Shown in pieces: positions 34,327 to 43,821 of a stretch of 64,000 nucleotides of DNA. Positions within the stretch are counted from its first letter, which is position 1. Every line of letters starts with the position of its first letter. The stretch covers positions 85,420 to 149,419 of the forward strand of contig CAYOHP010000001.1 in the NCBI GenBank assembly GCA_964403795.1. The letters are read 5' to 3'. The position numbers were made by a program, and so were the translations under genes. This stretch comes from an uncultured bacterium. Its GTDB lineage: Bacteria; Muiribacteriota; UBA6191; CAZXTJ01; CAYOHP01. The notes under the pieces are model-generated. The model had not been told where the DNA came from, ran no database searches, and was given only the letters and a program-made list of their open reading frames with translations.

Positions 34327-35066
34327 AGCGGGGGGGACGGATCCGGGGCGCGGCGGGCAGCAAGCGACCGGCAAGGCTGTCCGGCCAGGTGGATCCCGGT
34401 CACGAGACCCGCACCCGGATCCTGGACGTGGCCGAAGAACTGTTCGCGGAGTCGGGGTTCCATGGCACCTCGCTCCGGGCCGTCACCACCCGGGCCAGCG
34501 CCAACCTGGCGGCCGTGAACTACCACTTCGGCTCCAAGGAGGGCCTGCTCCGGGCGGTGCTCCAGCGCCACATCGGACCCGTAAACCAGGCCCGCCTGGC
34601 TCGCCTGGACGAACTGGAGCGGGAGGCCGGCAGCCGGCCGATCGAGCTCGAGGCGCTGGTCAGGGTCTTCGTCGAGGCGCCGCTGCGCCACTTCCTCGGT
34701 CTCGGTCGCCACGGCCGCGTGGTGATGCGCTTCCTGGGCCGCAGCCAGACCGAGCCCCATGAGCTGGTCCAGGCGATCGTGGCCGAACACTTCACCGAGG
34801 TGGCGCGCCGTTTCCACTCCGCCTTGTGCCGGACCCTGCCCGACCTCCCGCCCGCCGAGCTGGCCTGGCGCCTGCGCGCCCTGATCGGCGTGTTCAGCTT
34901 CTTCCTGTGTTCGGCCGACCCCGACTCCGGGGCCGCGGCGTGTCCACCCGGGCTCCCCATGCCCGAGCCCCGGGATATCGACGCCACCCTGCATCGGATC
35001 GTGGCGTTCGCGGTGCCGGGCCTGGAGGCACCGCTGTCCGGTATCGTGGGGCCGTGCGGCCCCTGA
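34323..35066 (+). CDS. TetR family transcriptional regulator
   Basis: HTH RTRILDVAEELFAESGFHGTSLRAVTTRASANLAAVNYHFGSKEGLL. ATGA overlap with the RND stop. Confidence 0.8.
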
Positions 35067-37408
35067 CCCGGAAGCTCCTCCGCGATCTCCTCCGCAATGC
35101 CGGCCCGGTCCTCACCATCGCCCTGGTGATCGCGATCGGGATCGGGGGCCTGACCGGCTTCCTGGGGCTCTATCGCGACCTCAACGAATCCCGGGACCGC
35201 TACTACGAGACCTATGCCTACGCCCACTTCCAGGTGAGCCTCCGGCAGGCGCCGCTCTCGGCCCTGTCGGAGCTTGCCGGCATCCCGGGGATCGAAGCCC
35301 TGGAACCCAGGATCCGACGCCGGGCTTCGCTTCGCCTGCCCGGGGTGGACCGGCGCCTGGCGGTTCGCCTGGTCTCCCTCCCCGAGTACGGCGAGCCGGT
35401 CGTGAACCGCATCCGCATCCTGGAAGGTGGGCTCCCGCCCCCCGGGTCGAGGGATGCGGTGGTGCTGATCGAGGACTTCGCCAAGGCCCGACGGCTCCGG
35501 CCCGGGGACCGGTTCGAACTCATCACCGAGTCCACCACCCGGCAGGTCGAGGTCTCCGGGATCGCCATGGCCCCGGAGTTCGTCTACGTGATCCCGGAGG
35601 ACGGCGGCTTCATCCCCGACAACCGGAACTACGCGGTGCTCTGGGTCCGGAGGTCCCTGGCCGAGGATCTCTACAGCCTCCACGGAGCCTTCGACGATCT
35701 GGTCGGCAGGGTCGGACGGGACACGCCGGTCTCGGCGGTGCTGGGCGCGGTGGATCGTCTCCTCGGTCGCTTCGGGGTGCAGACGACCGACGACCGGCCC
35801 GAGATGCCGCCTTTCGCCCTGCTGGACAACGAGATCCGCCTGACGCTGATCCGGGCCACCACGGTCCCGACCATCTTCCTGCTCGCCTCGGCCCTGGTCC
35901 TGAACCTGGTCGTGAGCCGATTGATCGCCACCCAGCAGGCCCAGATCGGAACCTTGAAGGCCCTCGGGGTCTCGACCCTCTCGATCCTAGGCCATTACGT
36001 CGGCTTCGCGATGGCGATCAGCACCACCGGTGCGCTGGGAGGAGCCTGGCTCGGGTACGAGCTCGCCGATCTGCTGGCCCGGCTCTACGCCCGCTTCTAC
36101 CATCTTCCCTTCCAGCCCACCCAGGTCTATCCCGACATCGTCCTGATCGGATTCCTGGCAGCCACGGTCGCGGGTCTGGCCGGGATCGCCAGGTCGGCCC
36201 GCCGGATCCTGGCGCTGACCCCGGCCGTGGCCATGCGCCCCTCACCGCCGGAAGTCCGGGGCGGAGTCCTGGTCCCGCGCCTGGCCGCCCTGCCGCTGAC
36301 CTGGAGGATGGCGCTGCGCAACATGTTCCGGCACCCCTTCCGCACCCTGGTCTCGTCCCTGGGGATCACGGTGGGGGTGGGCATCATGATGACGTCGCGG
36401 TTCTTCCTCGACAGCATCACGCTGGTGAACTTCTACCGGTTCCGGGTCCAGCAACGCCATGATCTGGAGCTGACGCTGCTCGAGGGTGGCGCGGAACGAT
36501 CCCGGTTCGAGATCGGCCGCCTGGCCGGGGTAGCCCGGGTCGAAGGCACCCTGCAGTACCCCTTCGAGATCCGTTCCGGACCCCGGACCCGGCGCCTCAT
36601 GATCGAGGCCGTGGACGGGGAAGCCTTCCTCCAGCGGCCGCGGGACCTGGGAGGCATCCCGATCGAACTGCCCGGGAACGGCTTGCTCCTCGGGGACGGC
36701 CTAGCGGAAGTCCTGGGAGTGGCGCCCGGGGACGAGGTGGAGCTCCGGGAACTCCGTGGCCGGCGCACCACCCATCGGGTCCGGGTCGCCGGGACGGTGC
36801 CGAGTTTCCTGGGGCGGGTGGCCTGGGCCGAGCGCGCCTGGCTGGGAGGGCTGGTCCAGGATCCCCAAGCCCTCACCCTGCTCAGCGTGGCGGCTCCGGA
36901 CGAACGAGGCACCCTGGAGTCCGATCTGGCGGACATGCCGGGAGTGTTGAAGGTGACCCGCCGGAGCGAGCGGATCGAGAGCTTCCAGGAGGCCATCCAA
37001 GGAGTCCTGGAGGTCGCGACCTGGGTGCTGACCTTCCTGGCCGCGGCCATCGCCTGCGGCATGGCGGTCAACGGGGCCCTGGTCGGGATCGCCGAGCGGA
37101 GGACCGAACTGGCCGTGCTCCGGGTCCAGGGGTTCTCGCGCGGGGAGGTCGCGGACATCCTCCTCTGCGAGCATGTCTCGACCGGGATCCTCGGGATGCT
37201 GATGGGGATTCCCATGGGCGCTTCCATGATCGCCTGGGTGCATTCCCGGGCCCAGACCGAGATCCTGCGTCTCCCCTTCCTGATCTCGCAGAACAGCCTG
37301 TCGTTCTCGCTCCTCAATGCCCTGGTCTTCGTGGTGCTCGCCCACCTCGTGGTCCGGGTCCTGCTCTGGGGCCACCGCTGGCAACCGGATCTGGCGGTGC
37401 GGGAGTAG
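35054..37408 (+). CDS. ABC-type FtsX-family permease with two FtsX domains (YbbP/MacB-like); no adjacent ATPase
   Basis: GTG at 35054 gives VRPLTRKLLRDLLRN. Two TM bundles, each preceded by periplasmic domains. FtsX-like TLKALG. Confidence 0.6.
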   Translation: MRPLTRKLLRDLLRNAGPVLTIALVIAIGIGGLTGFLGLYRDLNESRDRYYETYAYAHFQVSLRQAPLSALSELAGIPGIEALEPRIRRRASLRLPGVDRRLAVRLVSLPEYGEPVVNRIRILEGGLPPPGSRDAVVLIEDFAKARRLRPGDRFELITESTTRQVEVSGIAMAPEFVYVIPEDGGFIPDNRNYAVLWVRRSLAEDLYSLHGAFDDLVGRVGRDTPVSAVLGAVDRLLGRFGVQTTDDRPEMPPFALLDNEIRLTLIRATTVPTIFLLASALVLNLVVSRLIATQQAQIGTLKALGVSTLSILGHYVGFAMAISTTGALGGAWLGYELADLLARLYARFYHLPFQPTQVYPDIVLIGFLAATVAGLAGIARSARRILALTPAVAMRPSPPEVRGGVLVPRLAALPLTWRMALRNMFRHPFRTLVSSLGITVGVGIMMTSRFFLDSITLVNFYRFRVQQRHDLELTLLEGGAERSRFEIGRLAGVARVEGTLQYPFEIRSGPRTRRLMIEAVDGEAFLQRPRDLGGIPIELPGNGLLLGDGLAEVLGVAPGDEVELRELRGRRTTHRVRVAGTVPSFLGRVAWAERAWLGGLVQDPQALTLLSVAAPDERGTLESDLADMPGVLKVTRRSERIESFQEAIQGVLEVATWVLTFLAAAIACGMAVNGALVGIAERRTELAVLRVQGFSRGEVADILLCEHVSTGILGMLMGIPMGASMIAWVHSRAQTEILRLPFLISQNSLSFSLLNALVFVVLAHLVVRVLLWGHRWQPDLAVRE

Positions 37409-37477
37409 ACCGGGGGACGAACGCGAGGACTCCCGCGATCGGTCGGGGCTCGATCGATCACGGGAGTCGAATCGGAT

Positions 37478-37497
37478 CCCCGGGACGGGCCCCGGGG
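37478..37497. terminator. GC hairpin between convergent genes
   Basis: ccccggg-acgggc-cccgggg: 7-bp stem with a 6-nt loop. Confidence 0.3.
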
Positions 37498-37506
37498 ACC
37501 ACGACG

Positions 37507-38190
37507 TCAGTTGGGAGCCGGCGGGGTGGCGGCCTCCGGTGCGGCCGCGGCCACCGGGAGCTTCCGGTTACCCCCGGGCTTGCGAGCGGGTCGCGCGGGA
37601 GCCTTCTTCTCGGGGGCGGAGGCCTTGGGGCTCTCGGCACCCGAGGCCTTGGCAGGCCGGCCACGGGCCTTGCGGGCCTTGCGGGTCTTGCGGCCCTTGG
37701 CGACCTGCGGGCGCTCGGCTCCCCCGAGCCGGACATGGAAGGTGAGGCCGGCAGGCCCCTGGACCTCGAAGCCGTGGACGAAGATCCGGTCGAAGACCCG
37801 GCGCAGCGAGAGGACCAGGCCGGGATCCACGGCCGAAACCACCTTGGCGCTGCGAGGCCCGGGCGCGACCCCTGCGGACCGAGCGGGCCGTGCGACCTTC
37901 TTCGCGGCTCCCGTCTTGTTGCGGGGCCGGGGCTGCTTGTCGGCTTCCGAAACCTTGGTCCCGGCGAAGCCCCAGAGATTGGCGGGCTTGCCCCGCGGCG
38001 ACTTGCGCAGCCCCAGGATCACCAGCTTCTTCTTCTCCCCGAGCCCCTCCAGGATCTGGCGAGCTCGATTTCCGCTGAAGCCGGCCTTCTCGGCGAGATC
38101 CGCGGGAGCGAAAGGCCCCTCTTTCGCCATGTCGAGGGCCAGGGTCCTGACTTCTTCTTCGGTGCGCCGCTTCTTGCGAGTCCGGGCCAT
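37507..38190 (-). CDS. highly basic histone-H1-like DNA-binding protein (227 aa)
   Basis: N-terminal HTH-like ADLAEKAGFSGNRARQILEGL. C-terminal K/A/P/R-rich repeats (AKKVARPARSAG, KGRKTRKARKARGRPAKA, KKAPARPARKPGG). Confidence 0.5.
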   Translation of the reverse strand: MARTRKKRRTEEEVRTLALDMAKEGPFAPADLAEKAGFSGNRARQILEGLGEKKKLVILGLRKSPRGKPANLWGFAGTKVSEADKQPRPRNKTGAAKKVARPARSAGVAPGPRSAKVVSAVDPGLVLSLRRVFDRIFVHGFEVQGPAGLTFHVRLGGAERPQVAKGRKTRKARKARGRPAKASGAESPKASAPEKKAPARPARKPGGNRKLPVAAAAPEAATPPAPN

Positions 38191-38534
38191 CTCTGCATCA
38201 CTCCGATCTCGAGGAGCCCTTCGCGGGTGGATCGCCGGATTGCGATTTCAGCGAGTCCCGGCTTCGCGCCAAGAGTCTCTGGCGAAAGGATCCCAGGTCT
38301 CCCCGTCCAACGAGTCGTCTCCGGGGCGTAACGATCCTAATGGATCGCGTCGGGAAAATGCGCCAGATCCTGAGGTTTTTTTGAGAAACTTCGCGAAAAC
38401 GACACCTGTGGGCCCTCCCGACCTTCCGGTACCCGGTACCTCGAGGGATCCCGGAGCTCGGCCGGATCATGCCGCAGGTCGAATCGCCCCTCGGACTCCA
38501 GCGAGACCGTCCTCCGCCCGCGGACGCGCCCCGA

Positions 38535-38550
38535 GGTTCCACGTGAAACA
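38535..38550. promoter_or_regulatory. parS centromere-like site
   Basis: GGTTCCACGTGAAACA matches 14 of 16 positions of TGTTTCACGTGAAACA, about 140 bp upstream of parA. Confidence 0.6.
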
Positions 38551-38691
38551 GCTTCCGATGCGGGTCCTACACTTCCCTTCCCAGGCGGCTGGGTCTCGTG
38601 TCAAACTAGGCAAAACCGGTTTTCCGGACGCGCTTTTCGTACGATCTCAACCGTTCGAACTACGGCCCAGGGGAACAAGGGAAGGATGCGG

Positions 38692-39474
38692 ATGACCCGA
38701 ATTCTGGCGGTCGTGAACCAGAAGGGCGGCGTCGGGAAGACGACGACCACGGTCAACCTGGCGACCTGTCTGGCCGAGGCGGGCCAGGCGGTCCTGCTGG
38801 TCGACCTCGATCCCCAGGGCAACGCCACCAGCGGGATGGGTCTGGACCGTCGGACCCTGAAACAGAGCATCTATGACGTCCTGCTCTCGGGCGTACCCGC
38901 CCGTCAGGTCATCCTCCCGTCCCACAAGGGTGTCGAGCTGCTCCCTGCCAGCCTCGACCTGGCTGGAGCCGAGATCGAGCTGGTAGGCCTGATGAGCCGC
39001 GAAGCGAAGCTCAAGAGAGCCCTGGCCCAGGTCGGCACCGACTACGACTACATCCTGATCGACTGCCCGCCCTCCCTGGGTCTGCTCACCCTGAATGCCC
39101 TGACCGCGGCCACCGGATTGGTGATCCCGCTCCAGTGCGAGTACTACGCCCTGGAGGGCCTTGCCCAGCTGCTCCGCACCATCGATCTGGTCCGCCAGGA
39201 CCTCAATCCCGGCCTCAAGGTCGAGGGCGTGCTCCTGACCATGCATGACGGCAGGACCAACCTCTCCCGCCAGATCATGGAGGACGTCCGGGCCCACTTC
39301 CCGGGTCGGGTCTTCGAGACCGTGATCCCCCGGAACGTGCGTCTCTCCGAGGCGCCGAGCTTCGGGAAGCCGATCACCATCTACGACGCGTCGAGCCCCG
39401 GGGCCCGATCCTACGCCAGCCTTTCGCGAGAGGTGATGTCCCTATGTCCCGACCCGCAGTCGGCCGCGGCCTGA
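38692..39474 (+). CDS. parA: chromosome partitioning ATPase ParA/Soj
   Basis: MTRILAVVNQKGGVGKTTTTVNLA deviant Walker A. Start at 38692 preferred over 38686 because of the GAAGGA RBS spacing. Confidence 0.9.
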   Translation: MTRILAVVNQKGGVGKTTTTVNLATCLAEAGQAVLLVDLDPQGNATSGMGLDRRTLKQSIYDVLLSGVPARQVILPSHKGVELLPASLDLAGAEIELVGLMSREAKLKRALAQVGTDYDYILIDCPPSLGLLTLNALTAATGLVIPLQCEYYALEGLAQLLRTIDLVRQDLNPGLKVEGVLLTMHDGRTNLSRQIMEDVRAHFPGRVFETVIPRNVRLSEAPSFGKPITIYDASSPGARSYASLSREVMSLCPDPQSAAA

Positions 39475-40298
39475 ACGCGCTTTTCAACTTCCAGCCCAGC
39501 CCCCAGGGCGGCGTCCGCGAGATCGACATCGCTTCCGTGCAGCCGAGCCCGGGCCAGCCCCGGCTCGACTTCGCGGCCGAGTCCCTGGCCGAGCTGGCGG
39601 CCTCGATCCAGGCCAACGGAGTGATCCAGCCCCTGGTGGTGCGTCCGATCGGGGAGCAGTACCAGTTGGTCACCGGCGAGCGTCGGCTAAGAGCCGCTCG
39701 CCAGGCGGGCCTGACCCAGGTCCCCGTGGTGGTGCGCCACGATCTCTCGGACCAGGACGTCCTGTTCCTGGGCCTGATCGAGAACCTCCAGCGTGAGGAC
39801 CTGAACCCGGTCGAGGAGGCGAAGAGCCTGCACCGGCTCGTGGAAGAGACCAAGCTCACCCACGACGACCTGGCGCGCCGGATCGGGAAGAGCCGCACCC
39901 ACATCACCAACACGCTCCGCCTGCTGCGCCTGCCCGACCCGGTGCTCGAGTGGATGCGGGCCGGCAAGCTCACGGCGGGCCATGCCCGGGCGCTCCTCGC
40001 CCTCGACCTCCCCGAGCAGATGGTCGAGGTGGCCCGCAGGGTCCTGGCCGAGGGCTGGAACGTCCGCCAGGTGGAACGGTTCGTCCAGGACTACGTCCGC
40101 CAGCGGGACCAGCGCAAGACCGAGAAACCGCCAAAGCTCCGGTCCGCGCTCTCGCGGGAGCTGAAGGACCGGCTCGAGAAGCACCTCGCCGCCAAGGTCT
40201 CCCTGCGCCAGGCCGGTGAGAAGGGGACTCTCAAGATCGAGTACCGGGGGGCGGACGGCCTGCGCCACATCCTGGCCCGGCTCGGTCTCGATTCCTGA
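39444..40298 (+). CDS. parB: chromosome partitioning protein ParB/Spo0J
   Basis: GRGLNALF N-terminus. ParB box GERRLRAARQAGL. HTH HDDLARRIGKSRTHITNTLRLLRL. Confidence 0.9.
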   Translation: MSRPAVGRGLNALFNFQPSPQGGVREIDIASVQPSPGQPRLDFAAESLAELAASIQANGVIQPLVVRPIGEQYQLVTGERRLRAARQAGLTQVPVVVRHDLSDQDVLFLGLIENLQREDLNPVEEAKSLHRLVEETKLTHDDLARRIGKSRTHITNTLRLLRLPDPVLEWMRAGKLTAGHARALLALDLPEQMVEVARRVLAEGWNVRQVERFVQDYVRQRDQRKTEKPPKLRSALSRELKDRLEKHLAAKVSLRQAGEKGTLKIEYRGADGLRHILARLGLDS

Positions 40299-40324
40299 TC
40301 CGACACGCGCCCAGGTCCATCCCC

Positions 40325-40606
40325 ATGGCGGAACCGGATCGCACCCTCTACCTGGTGAAGGCCGACGACCGGCTCCATTCGACCTGCCGGTGCGCGCAGG
40401 GTCTGGCCGGTTTCCCGATCCAGGCCGATTGCCCCTGGTGCGGCTGCGGCTGGCTCTTCACCTGCACCCGTTGTGGCAAACCCTTCACCTTCGCCCGCGC
40501 CGAGTGGATCCCGGTCGATCTGGAAGCGATCGCCCGCTTGAACCTGGGACTCCTGGATCGGCTCTCCCCCGGCACAAGCCCCACCCCCGAAGCCATCCAC
40601 GGTTGA
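40325..40606 (+). CDS. small Cys-rich (zinc-ribbon-like) hypothetical protein
   Basis: CRC ... CPWCGCGW ... CTRCGK. Confidence 0.3.
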   Translation: MAEPDRTLYLVKADDRLHSTCRCAQGLAGFPIQADCPWCGCGWLFTCTRCGKPFTFARAEWIPVDLEAIARLNLGLLDRLSPGTSPTPEAIHG

Positions 40607-40615
40607 GTCGAGCGG

Positions 40616-40831
40616 ATGCGACTCCTGCTCGAACACCTGAAGCCCGGCCGCGAGTACGTCTATCTCGACGGGGCCTTCCTCCCGGCCCATGCGGACGAGG
40701 TCCGTCTCGAAGGCTGGTTCGCCCGCCACGAACTCTCGGGGATCCCCCAGGTCCAGGCTCTGGAGGACCCGCAGGTCCTCCACTCGACGCTGCTGGACCC
40801 CGACTACTGGCAAGCACGGGCGATCGGGTAG
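40616..40831 (+). CDS. small hypothetical protein, same frame as the preceding ORF after a single TGA
   Basis: ATG at 40616. Frame identical to 40325-40606. Confidence 0.25.
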   Translation: MRLLLEHLKPGREYVYLDGAFLPAHADEVRLEGWFARHELSGIPQVQALEDPQVLHSTLLDPDYWQARAIG

Positions 40832-43626
40832 GAACCGGGGCCCCCGGCTACTGCCCGAGTGCACCGCCCTGGGAGGCGCCGCTCGTCCCACTCCCGGGCT
40901 GGACCGCCCCGCCCACGGCGCGGGCCTCGGGCGATCGCCCCGGTTTCGGATCGGCCACGATCCCCCGGGGCATCGGCAGGCGTCTCGCCGGCCGCCCGGT
41001 AGTAGCCCTCCAGGGCCTTGGCCCACATGGTCCGGGCCGCGGCCAGGGTCTCCGCCAGGTCGAACCCTCGTCCCAGGACCCCGGCCATCTCGTCCCGGAC
41101 CACCACCTGTTGGGCGACCTCCTGGTCGGAGCGGGTGCGGTGCACGTTGAGCACGCTGAGGAAGCCGTCGGGGAAGCGCTGTCCGGCACTCCTCCGCATC
41201 TCGTCGACCTTGGTGTCCTCCCCCACCCGCAGATCCTCCAGGGCCCGGACCGCCTCGGCCGACCGGTGGTACTGCATCCAGAGGATCCGCACCGCCTCGT
41301 CGAGCTCGCCGCTCCGGACCATGGCGGGCAGGGTCGTGGTGTCCCGCACCGACCGGCCGTTCGGGATCTCCCGCACCACCGAGGAGGTCTGGGCCACCAG
41401 GTCCGGGAGCATGTCGACGTTGCGCCAGCCCGAGACGTTGGACTGGAAGGCACCGGTGTTGGCTCCGTGGAAGACCACCCGGTGCACATAGCCATGGCGG
41501 ATGTACTTCCCGAAGTCGCTGTCGTTGACGGAAGGCCGGAAGATCCGCGGCATGGCGTAGTAGAGCCTCTCGGCCAACTGTGCGTCTCGCGCCATCACCT
41601 TGCGGTGCAGACGGGCCCGCTCGTCCATCATCCCGTCGTCGCCCAGGGCGTAGATGGCGGCCCGGATCAGGGCGGCCCGGATCTCCTGGTACCCGGCCTC
41701 GAGGTGGGCATGGTCCTCCTTGGCCTTGCCCAGGAAGAGATCGAGACCACCCGAGGCCTTCTTGACCAGCAGCGAAACCGCCTGGGCATGTTCCAGGGCC
41801 GCCTGGTGGCTGGCCGCGTCCACCCCGCCGGGCCGGGTCGGATCCGAGGACGAGGAGAAGATCCTGCCCACCCGATCCACCGCGCCCCCGACCAGTCCCG
41901 GCTGCACCAGCCGTTCCTGGACCATGCCCAGGTACTCCTGGCGGAGGCCCGCGGGATCGAACCGGGAGGCCCGGAACTCGAGCACCAGGACCCGGACCCC
42001 GGTGGCCGCCCCCAGCACCGCGGCGGGGACCAGGAAGGGATTCAGGCTGACCGCGCCGGCCGCGGCCCCGGCCACCACCATGGCGGCTCCCTCGGCCAGC
42101 AGGAGCGCATAGTCCATCCGATCGGGATCGAGCGCCTCGAGGAGCACCCGGACCCCACCCCGGTCGAAGTAGCGCTCCGAGAGCCCATTCAGGTACCGGC
42201 CGCGCTCGGTGTCCAGCGCCCCCAGGAGCCGACCCCGGGTCTCGCGGGCCGAGTCCTCGTCGGCGTTGGTGACGAGCACGTTCAAGGTGCCGTCGGCCAC
42301 GAACAGGCCCACGATCCCGGCCACCTCGCCCAAGGCTCTCCCGCCCCACCGGAACACCTGCTTGCCGGCGGCCACCCCGGCCTTGGAGAGGCTGGCGCTG
42401 GCCGCCTGCAGGGGCATGGCGCCGAGCAGGAAGGCCCCGAAGGCGGTCAGCGCTTCCGGGGAAAAGGCCTCTTCGGCAGCCTTGGCGAAGAGTTCGTCCC
42501 CGGAGAGACCCGGCTCGTTGGACATCAGGCGGACCAAGGTGAAGACGTAGACGGTGGCGAAGAAATTGGCGTGTTGGACCAGGGCCGGTCCGCCGGCCAC
42601 CCGTCCCAGCTCGGCCCGGAATCGGACCTCGAAGCGACGCAGCCGGTCACGGGTGGCCCGGGCCAGCGAAGCGATCCGGGCCCGGGTGTCGGCCCGTTCC
42701 GGGGGAGGCGATTCGGCGCCGGCCGCGGATCCGCCCTGGGCCCGACTGGCGACCCGGAGCGCACCCTGGCCGTCCATCGACAGGGTCCCGAGCGGTCGGG
42801 ACGCCGCCGGACCCTGGGCCGAGGCCTGGCGCGCCTCGACCTGGTAGACCGGCGCCTCGCGGGGCGAATTCGGGTCCAGGCTCACGAAGACCTTCTCGCC
42901 GGGGCGGAGTCCGAACTCGGAGGCCCGGGCATGCACGGCCTCGAGCACGGTCCCGTGCTGGGCCACCTTCTTCCCGAGCTCGTGGACGTCGAGTCCCTCG
43001 GCCCGGCCGAGGTTGATCTGGTTGCCGTACCCGGTGCCGTCGAAGAGCTTGAGGTCCCGGGTCGTCGGATCCATCAGGCCCTTCAGGCTGGCCTTGGTCT
43101 CACCGTTCACGCAGGCGAAGTAGTTGATCCCGCTGGCGTTGTTGGAGCGGATCAGCACCACGTCCACGCCGTTCTGGTAGAGGGTGTGGAAGACCAGCTT
43201 CGAGATGGGGTTGTTGAAGTTGATCTCGACGGTGGCCATGCGCACCTTGCGGAGCCCGCCAGCGTCGCTTTGGACCACCGTCTCGCGGATCGCCATCGAC
43301 TGCACCAGCTCGCCAGGCCGGCGCACCACGTTGCCGCCCCGGGACTCGGCCCAGCGCTTCAACTCGAGGATCTCCCGCACCAGCGCCTCGGTCCGCCGGG
43401 CCGCCCTCTCGATCATGAGGTTCCGGCCCCGCAACTCCTGGATCAACTCGGGCACCCGATCGAGCGGGATCCGGGGATCCGCCCGGTTCATCCACCCTTT
43501 CTCCATGGCGAGGTTGGTGAGCTCGGCGAGGAAGCGCTTGCCCTCCCTCACCTGGGAGGCGGGGTCCGAGACCTCCCGGTTCAGCCCCTCGATGATCCCC
43601 TCCATGGTCTGGGGAGCGGTATCCAC
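40804..43626 (-). CDS. large toxin/effector-like protein, C-terminal 940 codons of an interrupted gene
   Basis: Globular N-region (MATVEINFNNPISKLVFHTLYQNGVDVVLIRSNNASGINYF ...), then about 230 aa of hydrophobic helices, then a ~380-aa C-domain. In-frame with 43822-44334. Confidence 0.5.
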   Translation of the reverse strand: MDTAPQTMEGIIEGLNREVSDPASQVREGKRFLAELTNLAMEKGWMNRADPRIPLDRVPELIQELRGRNLMIERAARRTEALVREILELKRWAESRGGNVVRRPGELVQSMAIRETVVQSDAGGLRKVRMATVEINFNNPISKLVFHTLYQNGVDVVLIRSNNASGINYFACVNGETKASLKGLMDPTTRDLKLFDGTGYGNQINLGRAEGLDVHELGKKVAQHGTVLEAVHARASEFGLRPGEKVFVSLDPNSPREAPVYQVEARQASAQGPAASRPLGTLSMDGQGALRVASRAQGGSAAGAESPPPERADTRARIASLARATRDRLRRFEVRFRAELGRVAGGPALVQHANFFATVYVFTLVRLMSNEPGLSGDELFAKAAEEAFSPEALTAFGAFLLGAMPLQAASASLSKAGVAAGKQVFRWGGRALGEVAGIVGLFVADGTLNVLVTNADEDSARETRGRLLGALDTERGRYLNGLSERYFDRGGVRVLLEALDPDRMDYALLLAEGAAMVVAGAAAGAVSLNPFLVPAAVLGAATGVRVLVLEFRASRFDPAGLRQEYLGMVQERLVQPGLVGGAVDRVGRIFSSSSDPTRPGGVDAASHQAALEHAQAVSLLVKKASGGLDLFLGKAKEDHAHLEAGYQEIRAALIRAAIYALGDDGMMDERARLHRKVMARDAQLAERLYYAMPRIFRPSVNDSDFGKYIRHGYVHRVVFHGANTGAFQSNVSGWRNVDMLPDLVAQTSSVVREIPNGRSVRDTTTLPAMVRSGELDEAVRILWMQYHRSAEAVRALEDLRVGEDTKVDEMRRSAGQRFPDGFLSVLNVHRTRSDQEVAQQVVVRDEMAGVLGRGFDLAETLAAARTMWAKALEGYYRAAGETPADAPGDRGRSETGAIARGPRRGRGGPAREWDERRLPGRCTRAVAGGPGSYPIARACQ

Positions 43627-43821
43627 CGGTCGCCCCAGCTTGCCCTGGTCGGCCGCCCGGGCATGGGTGTCGGCCAGGTCCCGTGAAAGGGGATGGAGCT
43701 CCTTGCCGGTCCGGGCCTTCTCGACGATCTCCTCGAGGATCCGGTCCGAGGTCAGCGAGTCGAGGTCCGGGGGCGAGTGGCTGACGATCCGGATGCGGGT
43801 GATCCGCCCCTCGGTGATGCC

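Noticed and set aside
38198-38542. 114-aa minus-strand ORF in the parA upstream intergenic region
   Set aside because: R/G/S-rich low-complexity translation. It overlaps the parS site and the AT-rich island and is more likely non-coding regulatory DNA.
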